Below are positions 8,795-18,850 of a stretch of DNA of 64,000 nt, piece by piece. A program made the translations under genes and the position numbers. The notes below the pieces were generated by a model. The model was not told the DNA's origin and did not search any database. It saw only the letters and a program-made list of their open reading frames with translations. Numbering within the stretch: the first letter of the stretch is position 1; the number at the start of each line of letters is the position of its first letter. The stretch comes from a virus. The stretch covers positions 37,575 through 101,574 of the IMG/VR virus record IMGVR_UViG_3300022698_000267; one strand, written 5' to 3'.

Positions 8795-10909
8795 TCAATG
8801 CAAAACATTTGTTTCTAAATGTGTAAATTCTTCGTTCGTTATCTTGAAAGAATCAGGTCGTATCTTTGCATAGTATTCTGGTTTTTGAAAGATTCCATTT
8901 TGAAAATCGGCAAGTCGAACTGTATCTCTTCCAGTCCGGAGCAATGGGGCTCCATCAATAAAAAGCAAACCATTTGGACAAGTCCAAACTCTAACACCTC
9001 TTGGTGGACCTAATCCTGTCTTTCGAAATGGAACATTTCTTATGCCATCTACAACTTCACATTTTACTTCTTGACCAGAAATAGTGTCGAAGAAAGTCCA
9101 ACTAAAATCATTATTCCATGGATCCCTCAAACGAAATGTATCGTAAACTTGATCTTCCCACAGTATCATTGGATCTACTTCTAGATCGGAGGTTGCATCC
9201 TCTTCATGAAGGTCACCAACGTACTTTTCAAAACCATCATCTGGTTTTGAATCAAGGACTGCATCTGGTTCCATAAGGGATGGAATATTTTTAATAATCT
9301 TTTGATCTTCTTCTGCCTGTTTTTCTTCAAGTTCTTTTAGTTTCTTTTCTTTTCTGCGATTCCTTTCCTCTAAAATCTGTGCTTCTTTCTTTTTCTCTTT
9401 CAGTAATTTTCTTTCATAATCTACTTTCTTTTCCTGCATCCTCTCTTTAACTTTTCTTTCCAGTTTTTCCCTTCTTATTCGTTTTTCTTTTTCTTTTTCA
9501 TCCTCAATATCCTGTTTGTCTCCAAGAGGATTTTCCATTAACTTTGTGATTCTGGCATATTCACTTTTTGCTTCTTCAGAAGTTATTTTTCCTTTTAGAA
9601 ACTTCTCTTGTAGTGTGAAAAGTTCATCATTCAGTCTGCTAGCTTCTCTTGCAAATTCTACTGAGTTTCTAGTTCTGGTTACGATTGGTTGTTCGTCTTT
9701 TTGTTTTTCTCTGATCTGGTATTTAATTGCTAAAGAAGATTCTTCTGTTTCTAGTAATTTTTCGAATTTATCATAAGTCCAGTCGTTAGTTAATTCCCTT
9801 GGTTGGAAAGTTAATAATCTGCTATTTTTTCTAACACATTCAAGGCTTTTAAAAACTGCTCGAACACCTCTTTCTGCATCATCAGTATCTGTTTTTAAAA
9901 GCTCTCTGTGATAAGTTTCAATGTAAGCTAGGTAATTTGAAAATCCTGAATTAACTTTTGTCAAAATAAAGAAATCAAAATCTTCCAGATTTATGGTTCC
10001 ATCTTCAAATAATTCTAGTATAGATTTGGAAAGATCATCAAGAATATCTTCTGCCCTTTTCTTAATCTTCTTGTTTTTCTTTGGAAGAACAAACCATTTC
10101 CAGTAGTAGCCTAGAAATAGATTGAATAATTTCTCGTGTTCAGGCTTTATTCCAAATCTACCAATGTGGGAGTATCGAAAGTAAAGTGAAGTGACCGTAT
10201 CTTTTTTGCAGGTTGCGTACCAACTTGAAACATCCTTGTGAGGTGCATTATCAGATATATGATCTCTGTTGTACTGTGAAATTTTGAAGAATTGTCTTAG
10301 GTCTACTGAAAATCCAAACTGTCGATAAACAGGTGGTGATTTTTTCTCCATAATGCTTAGCAGATCAGAATATTTTTTCATCACCTCCATTATTTTTTCT
10401 TTAGATGTTCTTTCCAGTTTTGTTTGAATTTCTTTAATTGCATATTGAAAAATTTTGCTCTGGCCTTTAAGTGGTTTTGTTAGTAGAACTCGAACTCTTT
10501 TCGTTAGTGGAAGTTTTTGCCAGTACTCGAAAACTTCCACTACATTTCGTGGGAACTGTAATTCGATATTTCCTGCAATTGCTAATGTTTCTCGACCAAG
10601 TTTAACAGATTTTTTTGCTCTATCAAGTCTATTTTCTTCTCGCAACAATTCAAATTTTCTTCTGATTTTATTAGATTTTATATGTTTTTCGAAATCTTTC
10701 CACTGGTATCTATTGAAATTTTTTAATTCTTTTCTGTCATTTCTTCTAAGAAATGGAAGGTTTAATCTGGATCTTGGATCTTCTTTTATTCTGTACTCCC
10801 AGACCTTGGATATGAAAAATTCAATCTTCTTCCAATCCTCGCTTTTTACTTCTTCACATCTTCTAATTCTATTATCGATTCTTCGAATACTAGCAATACT
10901 TTTTGACAT
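8795..10909 (-). CDS. hypothetical protein (704 aa) with K/E-rich coiled-coil core
   Basis: Long ORF; central EKEKRIRREKLERKVKERMQEKK low-complexity; no recognisable catalytic motif. Confidence 0.55.
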   Translation of the reverse strand: MSKSIASIRRIDNRIRRCEEVKSEDWKKIEFFISKVWEYRIKEDPRSRLNLPFLRRNDRKELKNFNRYQWKDFEKHIKSNKIRRKFELLREENRLDRAKKSVKLGRETLAIAGNIELQFPRNVVEVFEYWQKLPLTKRVRVLLTKPLKGQSKIFQYAIKEIQTKLERTSKEKIMEVMKKYSDLLSIMEKKSPPVYRQFGFSVDLRQFFKISQYNRDHISDNAPHKDVSSWYATCKKDTVTSLYFRYSHIGRFGIKPEHEKLFNLFLGYYWKWFVLPKKNKKIKKRAEDILDDLSKSILELFEDGTINLEDFDFFILTKVNSGFSNYLAYIETYHRELLKTDTDDAERGVRAVFKSLECVRKNSRLLTFQPRELTNDWTYDKFEKLLETEESSLAIKYQIREKQKDEQPIVTRTRNSVEFAREASRLNDELFTLQEKFLKGKITSEEAKSEYARITKLMENPLGDKQDIEDEKEKEKRIRREKLERKVKERMQEKKVDYERKLLKEKKKEAQILEERNRRKEKKLKELEEKQAEEDQKIIKNIPSLMEPDAVLDSKPDDGFEKYVGDLHEEDATSDLEVDPMILWEDQVYDTFRLRDPWNNDFSWTFFDTISGQEVKCEVVDGIRNVPFRKTGLGPPRGVRVWTCPNGLLFIDGAPLLRTGRDTVRLADFQNGIFQKPEYYAKIRPDSFKITNEEFTHLETNVLH

Positions 10910-11304
10910 TTTCGATCTCTGCTAATCATCAGTTTTGAATTTTATCAGGTCTTCCCCATGCGACCTTAGAGGTTTTAGTATCTTACTTTTAGTTTTCGTC
11001 CAACACAATCCAAATTTCTGATAGAATCTATGGGAGTTTCTAATATCGCATACTGAAAAAAAATTCGAAAAATTTAATGCCATAATCTTGGTAGATTTCA
11101 ATCATCCTTTCGTTAGATTTCACTCTTCCACCTTCCACTTTCCGGAGGAATGCATTTTTAGGTTTCTGCTGAAAGAAAGATAAGTACATTCAAAGAAGGA
11201 ATATAAGCTAAAGCTTCTATTCAAGGAATATCAAAGAATAATATATATAATAACTAATAACTAGTAAATAGTAACTATTAGTACAATTACTACGTAATTG
11301 CACC

Positions 11305-11330
11305 CGTCTCGGCGCTTCGCACCGAAGACG
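11305..11330. other. GC-rich imperfect hairpin in AT-rich divergent intergenic region
   Basis: cgtctcgg...ccgaagacg, 8-9 bp stem with one bulge. Confidence 0.3.
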
Positions 11331-11413
11331 AAGAATAAGGGACATACCTTCTGGAAATAAGGGACTATTTTCTTTCATTTTCTATCGATTATTCTTCCGT
11401 GTGGAAATTGATG

Positions 11414-11443
11414 TGGAAGTGGAAGTGGAAGAAAAGTCTTCCA
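11414..11443. repeat. (TGGAAG)x3 hexamer repeat ending in TGGAAG-aaaagt-CTTCCA palindrome
   Basis: Direct reading; lies in 780-bp divergent intergenic region. Confidence 0.6.
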
Positions 11444-11490
11444 CAAGGTAGAAAATAAGCCTCAGTTCTGGAAGCTTTACTAGAGAACAC

Positions 11491-11519
11491 TTGACATTCT
11501 TGCTAATAGCCTTTATAAT
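11491..11519 (+). promoter_or_regulatory. consensus sigma70-type promoter (TTGACA-17 nt-TATAAT) upstream of helicase gene
   Basis: Perfect -35 and -10 hexamers with 17-nt spacer about 175 nt upstream of 11696. Confidence 0.5.
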
Positions 11520-11695
11520 ATGGTATGTAAAGGTTGAGGGTTCTTCCATTCTTTTTTCAAAAATTTTATCTCGTAGAAAAATATTCCACATCTACTAATA
11601 CTCGTATATTTATAATGTTCCTAGAGAAGAAAGAAATATACTAAAATTATTTGCAAAACTACTAAAATAAATCATAAATTAGAATAGGAGATAAA

Positions 11696-14380
11696 ATGAC
11701 CGAGTACACAATGTTCACTAAAGAAGAATTTGAAGGGTTTCTGGAAAGTAATTTCCCTGGTTTATGGTCCACAGCAGACACTCCTTATTCGAAAGAGCAT
11801 ATCTACTCAATTCAAACTGATAAAGATGATATAACAATTCGAATTTTTTCTTCTGTGGATGTTAGAACCAATCATTCTAGAGATATTGGAAAAGATGCTA
11901 TTCGATGTATTTTATGGAACGATATTGAAAATCGTCCAATTGGTAAAACCACTAGAGTTAATAGGGTTGGTGTTGTTTGGGAAAGAATTCTTTCTAGAAT
12001 TTCTGTTCTTCGAAAAAGGGCTATCAAAACTCAAGTAGTTGATTACGAGTACATAAAAGCTTTACTTTCTAGTCCTTCAAATAATGGTAGTACTTTTGTA
12101 ACCTCTTTACGAGATCAGTTAGAGAAGAAACATTTCTTATCTCCAGCCCAATTGAATTGTATTATTGGAAAGGGAACTGGAAGAACTACTATTGAGCAAC
12201 AGGTCCTTAGAAAAGATCCAAATTTTCAAAAGCGTTACATTAGTCAAGAAGATGAATCTATTGAAAAAGAGGTAGAAAAAGAAGAAAAACTAGTTGTTAG
12301 AACAAAAGAACTAGTTGATAATAGTTTATTAGTGGAAGATACTCAAAATGAAGATAACATCGAATTAATTTCCACAGATGGATACCCTTATCCATATGAT
12401 ACTTTTAACAAATTACAATCTAGAATTTTCCCTTACATTAAAGAAGATTGTAATGTTGTTGTTGCAGGAAATACAAGCTCTGGAAAAACAATATGTGCAG
12501 AATTGTTAATGTTTGCGACTTTGGCTAAAGGAAGAAAAGTGATTTATCTTAGCCCATTAAAAGCATTAACTCAAGAAAAATATGAAGATTGGCAAAAGAC
12601 ATTTTCTGGTTATAAAATTGTCATCATGACAGGTGATTATCAAATGACTGCTGCTCTTCAGAAGAGAGTAGCCGCTGCAGATATTATTCTGATGACCTCT
12701 GAAATGCTGGATAGTCGTACGAGGATGATTGAAGCAGAGAAGAACTTCTGGTTTTATGAAGTTGGTCTTTTAGTAGTTGATGAAGTTCATATTCTTGGAC
12801 AGGCTGGTGATAGAGGACATCCAATGGAAGTTGGAATTATGCGATTTACCAAAGTTAATCCAACCTGTCGTGTTGTTTTCCTTTCAGCAACGATGCCAAA
12901 TGTCAATGAATTAGGTCTTTGGTTAGCTATTTTGAATGAAAAGAAAACAGTATCTATTACAAGTCATTGGCGACCAGTTGAACTAACGAAGCATTATATC
13001 ACTTACGAAGAGGTTCGATTTGGTAGCGGATTTATGAATTATAAAGCTACACAATCTAGAAAAATATCTGCAGCAGTCAGAGTAATTGCCTCTAAGAAGG
13101 ATCAGAAATTTTTAGTATTTTGTCATGATAAAAATGCTGGAAGATTACTGATGAATACCTTTTCCAAACTTCATAAGGAAGATATTCGTTTTCATAATGC
13201 GGATTTGAATTTGAATGAGAGACAAGAAATTGAAAATGCCTTCATTCATGGAACATTACGAGTTTTAGTAAGTACTCCTACACTTTCATGGGGTAGGAAT
13301 GTTCCTGCTAGAAACGTGATTTCAGTAGGAGTACATCGTGGACTTAGTGAGATAGATGAGCTTGATTTAATTCAGATGGCTGGACGTGCAGGTCGTCCTC
13401 AATATGATAAAGAAGGTGATGTCTATTTCTTAGTTCCAAAACAGGAAGAATCTAAGTGGAAAACCCTAATAGAGAATCCAAAGGATATAACATCTGGATT
13501 AAAAAGGATTGATGCCTTAGCCTTTCATATTCTTGGAGGTGTACATGTAGGAGATATTTACCAAGCAAATGATGCTTTTGTGTGGTACGAAAGATCATTG
13601 GCTCACTTGCAAAATGCAGAGTTTACAAAAGATGATCTAGAAGAAGTTTTGAACACTCTTTTAGAATATAAAATGTTAACACGTTCTGAAGATAATAAAT
13701 TAATTCTTACTGGACTTGGAAAGGTCAGTGTCTTCTTTTATTTTAGTCCTTTTGATGTCTATCATTGGTTTAAAAATTTCGATGATCTTATTCGAATTGA
13801 TCCAAATCTTCTAGAGGATGACTACACAGTTTCTTGGGCAATGTCAGCTATTCCGAGTAATGATCCTGGATTCTCTCGAAAGAACATTGTTGAAGATTAT
13901 TTAACTTCTTGGACTGCTATACTTAGAGGAAGGGGTGTAAATCTTTCTAAGACGGGTGTACCTTTGGTCAATGTTCTTCCAAATGTTATAGCTTTCTATG
14001 ATTGTTTATCAGGCAATGAGGGACAACGTGATCCATTGATTGGAGCCATTTCTAGATCAATTAAACAGGATATTGGAAGATCATCTAATGCTATATCTTT
14101 AATAGATTCAATGTATGCCAGATGGAGCAGAAGAAATTTAACTGTTTCTAATCTTTTTGACGTTCTAGAATTAAGAACGAAGTATGGAGTTGGTTATGAG
14201 TTGTTAGACTTAGTAAGAATTCCAAATATCGGTGCAAGAAGAGCAGCTAAGTTATACAATGAAGGCTATAAAACTTCAGAGGATTTAAAAAAGGCTACTG
14301 AGGAAGATCTTGCTTCTATTCTTGGTGAAAGAACAGCTCTTAGGATAAAAAGATTCTTTCGAAAAGAGAATCAGACATAA
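11696..14380 (+). CDS. Ski2/Hel308-family superfamily-2 helicase with 230-aa N-terminal extension and C-terminal HhH region
   Basis: Motif I VVAGNTSSGKT, motif II DEVH, SAT, QMAGRAGRP (motif VI), C-terminal IPNIGARRAAKL helix-hairpin-helix typical of Hel308 domain 5. Confidence 0.8.
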   Translation: MTEYTMFTKEEFEGFLESNFPGLWSTADTPYSKEHIYSIQTDKDDITIRIFSSVDVRTNHSRDIGKDAIRCILWNDIENRPIGKTTRVNRVGVVWERILSRISVLRKRAIKTQVVDYEYIKALLSSPSNNGSTFVTSLRDQLEKKHFLSPAQLNCIIGKGTGRTTIEQQVLRKDPNFQKRYISQEDESIEKEVEKEEKLVVRTKELVDNSLLVEDTQNEDNIELISTDGYPYPYDTFNKLQSRIFPYIKEDCNVVVAGNTSSGKTICAELLMFATLAKGRKVIYLSPLKALTQEKYEDWQKTFSGYKIVIMTGDYQMTAALQKRVAAADIILMTSEMLDSRTRMIEAEKNFWFYEVGLLVVDEVHILGQAGDRGHPMEVGIMRFTKVNPTCRVVFLSATMPNVNELGLWLAILNEKKTVSITSHWRPVELTKHYITYEEVRFGSGFMNYKATQSRKISAAVRVIASKKDQKFLVFCHDKNAGRLLMNTFSKLHKEDIRFHNADLNLNERQEIENAFIHGTLRVLVSTPTLSWGRNVPARNVISVGVHRGLSEIDELDLIQMAGRAGRPQYDKEGDVYFLVPKQEESKWKTLIENPKDITSGLKRIDALAFHILGGVHVGDIYQANDAFVWYERSLAHLQNAEFTKDDLEEVLNTLLEYKMLTRSEDNKLILTGLGKVSVFFYFSPFDVYHWFKNFDDLIRIDPNLLEDDYTVSWAMSAIPSNDPGFSRKNIVEDYLTSWTAILRGRGVNLSKTGVPLVNVLPNVIAFYDCLSGNEGQRDPLIGAISRSIKQDIGRSSNAISLIDSMYARWSRRNLTVSNLFDVLELRTKYGVGYELLDLVRIPNIGARRAAKLYNEGYKTSEDLKKATEEDLASILGERTALRIKRFFRKENQT

Positions 14381-14769
14381 GCCAATCTTATTTTGAATTG
14401 TTTATATGAATTAGATCCAGATATTTCAAAATATTCCAGGAAATCATCAACCACAGTTTTTATGTAGAATGGAATTTTTACTAAAGTTCCTATTGCATTC
14501 AATTGCTCATTCTTCTGGATTGTTGTTGTCCATTGTAATCTATCCCACGAGAGGAAAACTCGAACCATCGACATTACACCCCTGACTTCCACTTTTATCA
14601 TTTCTAATTCAATATCATTTACTATTAGAAATAGAGTCTCCTCTTCTTTCACAACAGTTTTGGTGTCTTTTAATTTGAAAACAGGTGATATTGGATTTAA
14701 ATAATCTCCTGTTGATATTAGGTCGTAACTAGCTTGATCACTTCTTCCTATGTAGACTCCAGATAACAT
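14371..14769 (-). CDS. hypothetical protein (132 aa)
   Basis: ORF with GAGGT RBS. Confidence 0.45.
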   Translation of the reverse strand: MLSGVYIGRSDQASYDLISTGDYLNPISPVFKLKDTKTVVKEEETLFLIVNDIELEMIKVEVRGVMSMVRVFLSWDRLQWTTTIQKNEQLNAIGTLVKIPFYIKTVVDDFLEYFEISGSNSYKQFKIRLAYV

Positions 14770-14790
14770 ATTATACCTCGATTTTATAAT

Positions 14791-16332
14791 CTATTCTAAC
14801 CAGCTCCACGTCATTTCTCCCATTCCAGACCCTTGTACTTTAACCGAACCTGTTAAAACTCCTGGTGTCTGTAGAAGAGCAATGCCTTCTCTTATTGCTC
14901 CGGTAACACCTTCTTCATAATAGAAAGTTACACTTTTTGATTTTGTTATAACACTAGTTGGACAGCATGAGCTAAATTTTGTAGCAGAATCCCAGTGATT
15001 TGTTCTAATAGAAGCATTTATCATATTCTTTCCTGTTTCATCGTCTCCTGGATCCCCTCCACCAACATCTACTTGACCTCCACCACCTCCACCACCTCCA
15101 CCACCTCCATCACCTCCATCATTCCATTCCCCAGATACATCTGCTGTTGCTATCTCCCCATCTTTTACTGAAATTCTTCTTCGCAACATTCTGGCCATCC
15201 TAAAATGTCCTTCAGCTGGAACTACACTCTTCGATGAGTTTCGAACTGCTACCGTTCCAGATTGTGTCAATCGATAACTTTTTGAATCCAACATTATTGA
15301 AGTTCCACCAGCTGAATATTTAGTTACATTTGCTGCTGTCATTCTAGTTGAAATATTAAATTGAGCATTACATAGGGCTCCTTTGATCGCATTTATGGTT
15401 TCTGAAAATATTTTTAGTTCTGTGTAATTTTGTGCACCTTCTGGACTTTCAATATTCTTTAATATGTAAGGGTCTATGTTTGACATTGTTTGTCGTTTTA
15501 TGGTGTTAATAGCCCATTCTAATATTTGTGTTCTTCTGTTGAGCATTAACCATTCACCCCATACGTTTCCGTCGAAGTCAACGGTTTTCATATCATTTAC
15601 AATTCTATGTGCCGCTATAGTCCCGAAGAAGTTTGCATTTAGGAAAGTTAACGCTGCTATTACCGCTGTGCTACAAGTACATAGTATGTTTGCAGCTAGT
15701 AAATGTATCACCAATCCAATTGCTCCTCTTCCAATGCTTCCTATCATATAAGATTTTGTTTTTGGTGAAGGATCTTCTGGTTGTACTATTGCAGCATCTA
15801 AATTTGGAGCATCCATTACTAGCTCCCATCTAGTATCTGCATCTGCTCTTGGATAAATTAGTGGAAGTTGAATATCAACATCCCTTTCTTGTACATTGTA
15901 TGTATACACACTTCCCAGTGATGAACCACTAGTTAGTGCACCCAAACAATCAGATAGAAAAGAAATGTATTTATCATCACCGGAATTTATGATTTCCTCT
16001 GTTGCTTTGAATTTTAATATACCGGAATCTATCATGTCTCTTCCAATTGCATCAGAGCCAACATCAGATTTGAATTTAAATTCCTTTCCATCTTCATCTT
16101 CTAGAACTTCATGATAGGTATATTGAGTATTTCTCTCGCTGATTTGCGAGGTATCCCAATGTTCACCAGCTATATTGATATTGTTACTTGTAGCGGCGGA
16201 TATAACCTGTTCCACTTTACCTAAAACGTCTGAAATCTGTGCATCTTCACTTCCTGGAAGTGAATAACTATCATCTTGTAAATCTCCAATTCCAGGAACT
16301 GAATCGCCAAATAATATTGATGGTACGCCCAT
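14791..16332 (-). CDS. hypothetical protein with poly-Gly tract and one internal hydrophobic segment
   Basis: DGGDGGGGGGGGGGGGQVDVGGGDPGDD encoded by ccacctcc repeats on opposite strand. Confidence 0.5.
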   Translation of the reverse strand: MGVPSILFGDSVPGIGDLQDDSYSLPGSEDAQISDVLGKVEQVISAATSNNINIAGEHWDTSQISERNTQYTYHEVLEDEDGKEFKFKSDVGSDAIGRDMIDSGILKFKATEEIINSGDDKYISFLSDCLGALTSGSSLGSVYTYNVQERDVDIQLPLIYPRADADTRWELVMDAPNLDAAIVQPEDPSPKTKSYMIGSIGRGAIGLVIHLLAANILCTCSTAVIAALTFLNANFFGTIAAHRIVNDMKTVDFDGNVWGEWLMLNRRTQILEWAINTIKRQTMSNIDPYILKNIESPEGAQNYTELKIFSETINAIKGALCNAQFNISTRMTAANVTKYSAGGTSIMLDSKSYRLTQSGTVAVRNSSKSVVPAEGHFRMARMLRRRISVKDGEIATADVSGEWNDGGDGGGGGGGGGGGQVDVGGGDPGDDETGKNMINASIRTNHWDSATKFSSCCPTSVITKSKSVTFYYEEGVTGAIREGIALLQTPGVLTGSVKVQGSGMGEMTWSWLE

Positions 16333-16404
16333 TCTTGAAATCCTTTTAAAACATTCGATACTAACATATGTTTTTCTTTACATTGATTTTGTTGTGGAGT
16401 TCTT

Positions 16405-17127
16405 ATGAATACAGAAACAGGGGTCATCGTTGTTGGTGATCAAACTATAGGGTATACCGAGAGACTAACATGCTTACGGTGGGATATTCCTGCAGATGTT
16501 GTTACTGAAAGATCAGCATATACAGAAGATCCCTTCTATCTTTTTTACACTACAAGGTATTCTACGCAGAATTACATCCTTACAACGTACTCTACCAGAT
16601 GGACCTCTTATGTAGTTGAACAACAAACATATTCAGAAAAGTATATCATTCTAGATTATGCCAAAAGAGAAGTTACAGAAAGACACTATTATTACTATCC
16701 AGATAGTGCAAACAGATTCTTATTCGTTCAAGGTCTTTTAACTAATACTCCATTGTTACTAAAGTATCCAAAATATTTCAATTGGAATTACATTCCACAA
16801 ATTGTTAATCCTAGATTTGATATCTGGTCATTTTATCCTTTAGAAAAAAATGATTTAACTTTAAAAATAGTTGGAAGTTCTGGAACGATTTTATATTACA
16901 ATTATGGAATATCACAGGATTCTTTTTTGATAGAAGAATTTCCTCAATCACCACCTCCACCACCTCCTGTGGGTTCAATACTTCCACCTGGACCATTGGA
17001 TCCTCCACCTTGTAGATACAGGATTACAGTTTATGTTAATCATGTATTTGAAAATGAAGAGACAATTAATTGCTATCTAACAGTTTTTGATTCGAAAGGA
17101 AATTATTTGAAGGATGGAATGTGGTAA
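16405..17127 (+). CDS. hypothetical Tyr-rich protein with poly-Pro tract
   Basis: GTGGAG RBS; PPPPPPVGSILPPGPLDPPP from the same ccacctcc DNA motif. Confidence 0.5.
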   Translation: MNTETGVIVVGDQTIGYTERLTCLRWDIPADVVTERSAYTEDPFYLFYTTRYSTQNYILTTYSTRWTSYVVEQQTYSEKYIILDYAKREVTERHYYYYPDSANRFLFVQGLLTNTPLLLKYPKYFNWNYIPQIVNPRFDIWSFYPLEKNDLTLKIVGSSGTILYYNYGISQDSFLIEEFPQSPPPPPPVGSILPPGPLDPPPCRYRITVYVNHVFENEETINCYLTVFDSKGNYLKDGMW

Positions 17128-17186
17128 ATAATGATTATTTTCTAAAAACTTAAAGGTGATTTAAAGGGGATAAGGAGCAGAACATT

Positions 17187-17414
17187 ATGGATTTTCATTC
17201 TTTGTGTAGTAGACTAGATGATTTTCTAGAAAGAATTCCACCTAGTTTAGATAGTAATGACAGTAGAATTCAGTTTTTGTCTTCGATTAAGGATTTCAAC
17301 AAGACTCTTTCTGAAATAAATTTCGCTTCTTTATCGGAAGATCAAAATTTTATCATAAAAACGAAGTTGGGTTTGTTAGATAAAGCTTTTGATTTTCATT
17401 TGATGAATATATAG
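17187..17414 (+). CDS. hypothetical small protein
   Basis: AAGGAG RBS. Confidence 0.4.
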   Translation: MDFHSLCSRLDDFLERIPPSLDSNDSRIQFLSSIKDFNKTLSEINFASLSEDQNFIIKTKLGLLDKAFDFHLMNI

Positions 17415-17427
17415 GGAGGTACTAATT

Positions 17428-17832
17428 TTGACAAAGCTATTGATTCCAAAAGTTAAAGAACAGGCCCTTAGAAATCCTGATGACACTCCACCAGATCAAA
17501 CTGTAGATGAAAATCTTCCTCCAGATGATTCTGCAATGGATGAGACTCTACAGGAAGATACAATGGTCGAAAAAATAACAGTGGTTGCTTACGATGAAGA
17601 TCAAAGGATTGCACGTTTATTGGACTACATTAAACAACTAAGTGACCAAGGATACAGTTTTCGAATTGTCGTAGATCCGGAACATGAAGAGACTATGAAA
17701 GCTTTTCATTGGGAAGGTGAAGGAATTGATGAAATTCTAAGTGTTGACATGGAAGAAATTCCGATCAGTGAAGTTGACGTTTCGGGAGATGAAGAGGATA
17801 TGAATCCTCCCCCTCCTCTCCCTGAAGAATAA
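17428..17832 (+). CDS. hypothetical acidic protein (TTG start)
   Basis: TAGGGAGGT 6 nt before TTG; acidic Pro-rich C-terminus. Confidence 0.45.
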   Translation: MTKLLIPKVKEQALRNPDDTPPDQTVDENLPPDDSAMDETLQEDTMVEKITVVAYDEDQRIARLLDYIKQLSDQGYSFRIVVDPEHEETMKAFHWEGEGIDEILSVDMEEIPISEVDVSGDEEDMNPPPPLPEE

Positions 17833-18194
17833 TCTTTTTCATTCAATGAGTATCTGGATATCCCTGGTGGATCTACTAATTCTTTTTCCTTATTGTGGAA
17901 ATTCTTTTCATTCCTCCTATAGAAATCTTCGATACAAATCTTTTTAGACTACAAAAACTTCCTGTAATTTCTTTTCATTTCTAGAGGTTTTATTATTTTC
18001 TATATGAAAAAATTGTAATTCTATAGATTTGTAACTTCTGCTTTTCTTATATGTAAGGAAATTTTTAATCCTTTATTCTACTTTCCAATTATTTCTAAAG
18101 GTGGAAAATCTAAGTTTTAACTTTTTGATTACTTCGTTTATTTGTTTTGTGTGATAGTTTAAAAAACCTTGTTTAAATTCCTGAGGAGGTTGAG

Positions 18195-18332
18195 TTGAAA
18201 AGAGCTGTAACTTACACTAGAAATGAATGTCCTAAATGCCATTCTAGTTTATCCATCAGAAATACTTGATCTGCTACTATCAAAATCTGCAGGGCTTGTG
18301 GATATAAGGAAATAGATAAGAGAGAAAGATAG
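18195..18332 (+). other. zinc-ribbon mini-ORF (CPKC...CRAC) interrupted by a single in-frame TGA; readthrough/recoding candidate or pseudogene
   Basis: GAGGAGG RBS 7 nt before TTG; LKRAVTYTRNECPKCHSSLSIRNT-TGA-SATIKICRACGYKEIDKRER in one frame. Confidence 0.3.
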
Positions 18333-18364
18333 AATTTCATAAATCCTAATTTTGGAGGGTTCTC

Positions 18365-18661
18365 ATGCCTACTTGGTTAAAGTACATTTTTGCTGGTGGT
18401 GCCGTTTTAAAGATTTTGATTTCTTCAATTCCAAAAGCACTTCAAGATAAGAAGTTGACGATTGATGAACTTGCATCTCTCTTGAAGGAAATTTGTTCCA
18501 TTTTTGGTTGGACTTTAGAAATTCAAATTCCAGACAAATTTTCGGATACTTATTTGAATGTTGCTGGAGACATTGGAGCATATAATCCTCCAGTTAAACC
18601 ACCAACTAGTACACAAGAAGTCAAACCAGATAACGAACAAGAACAAATTATCGAAGGATGA
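18365..18661 (+). CDS. hypothetical protein
   Basis: GGAGGG RBS. Confidence 0.5.
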   Translation: MPTWLKYIFAGGAVLKILISSIPKALQDKKLTIDELASLLKEICSIFGWTLEIQIPDKFSDTYLNVAGDIGAYNPPVKPPTSTQEVKPDNEQEQIIEG

Positions 18662-18850
18662 TTATCATTTACAACTTTTTGAAAAGGGAATTTTTGTGAA
18701 GCCTAGAACTATTAACAGGAATAAAGAAAGAAGAATTGAAGAAAAGAAAAATAAAGAACTTGAAGAATTTTTGGTTTCTAAAAAGAATTCCAAAAAGAGA
18801 AAGTTAAAGAAGAGAGGAATTGTCGAAGACGAAGTTACAAATAAAAAGGA

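Noticed and set aside
11382-11591. 69-aa minus-strand ORF (STSTSTSIS)
   Set aside because: Generated by the TGGAAG hexamer repeat in a promoter region; no RBS.
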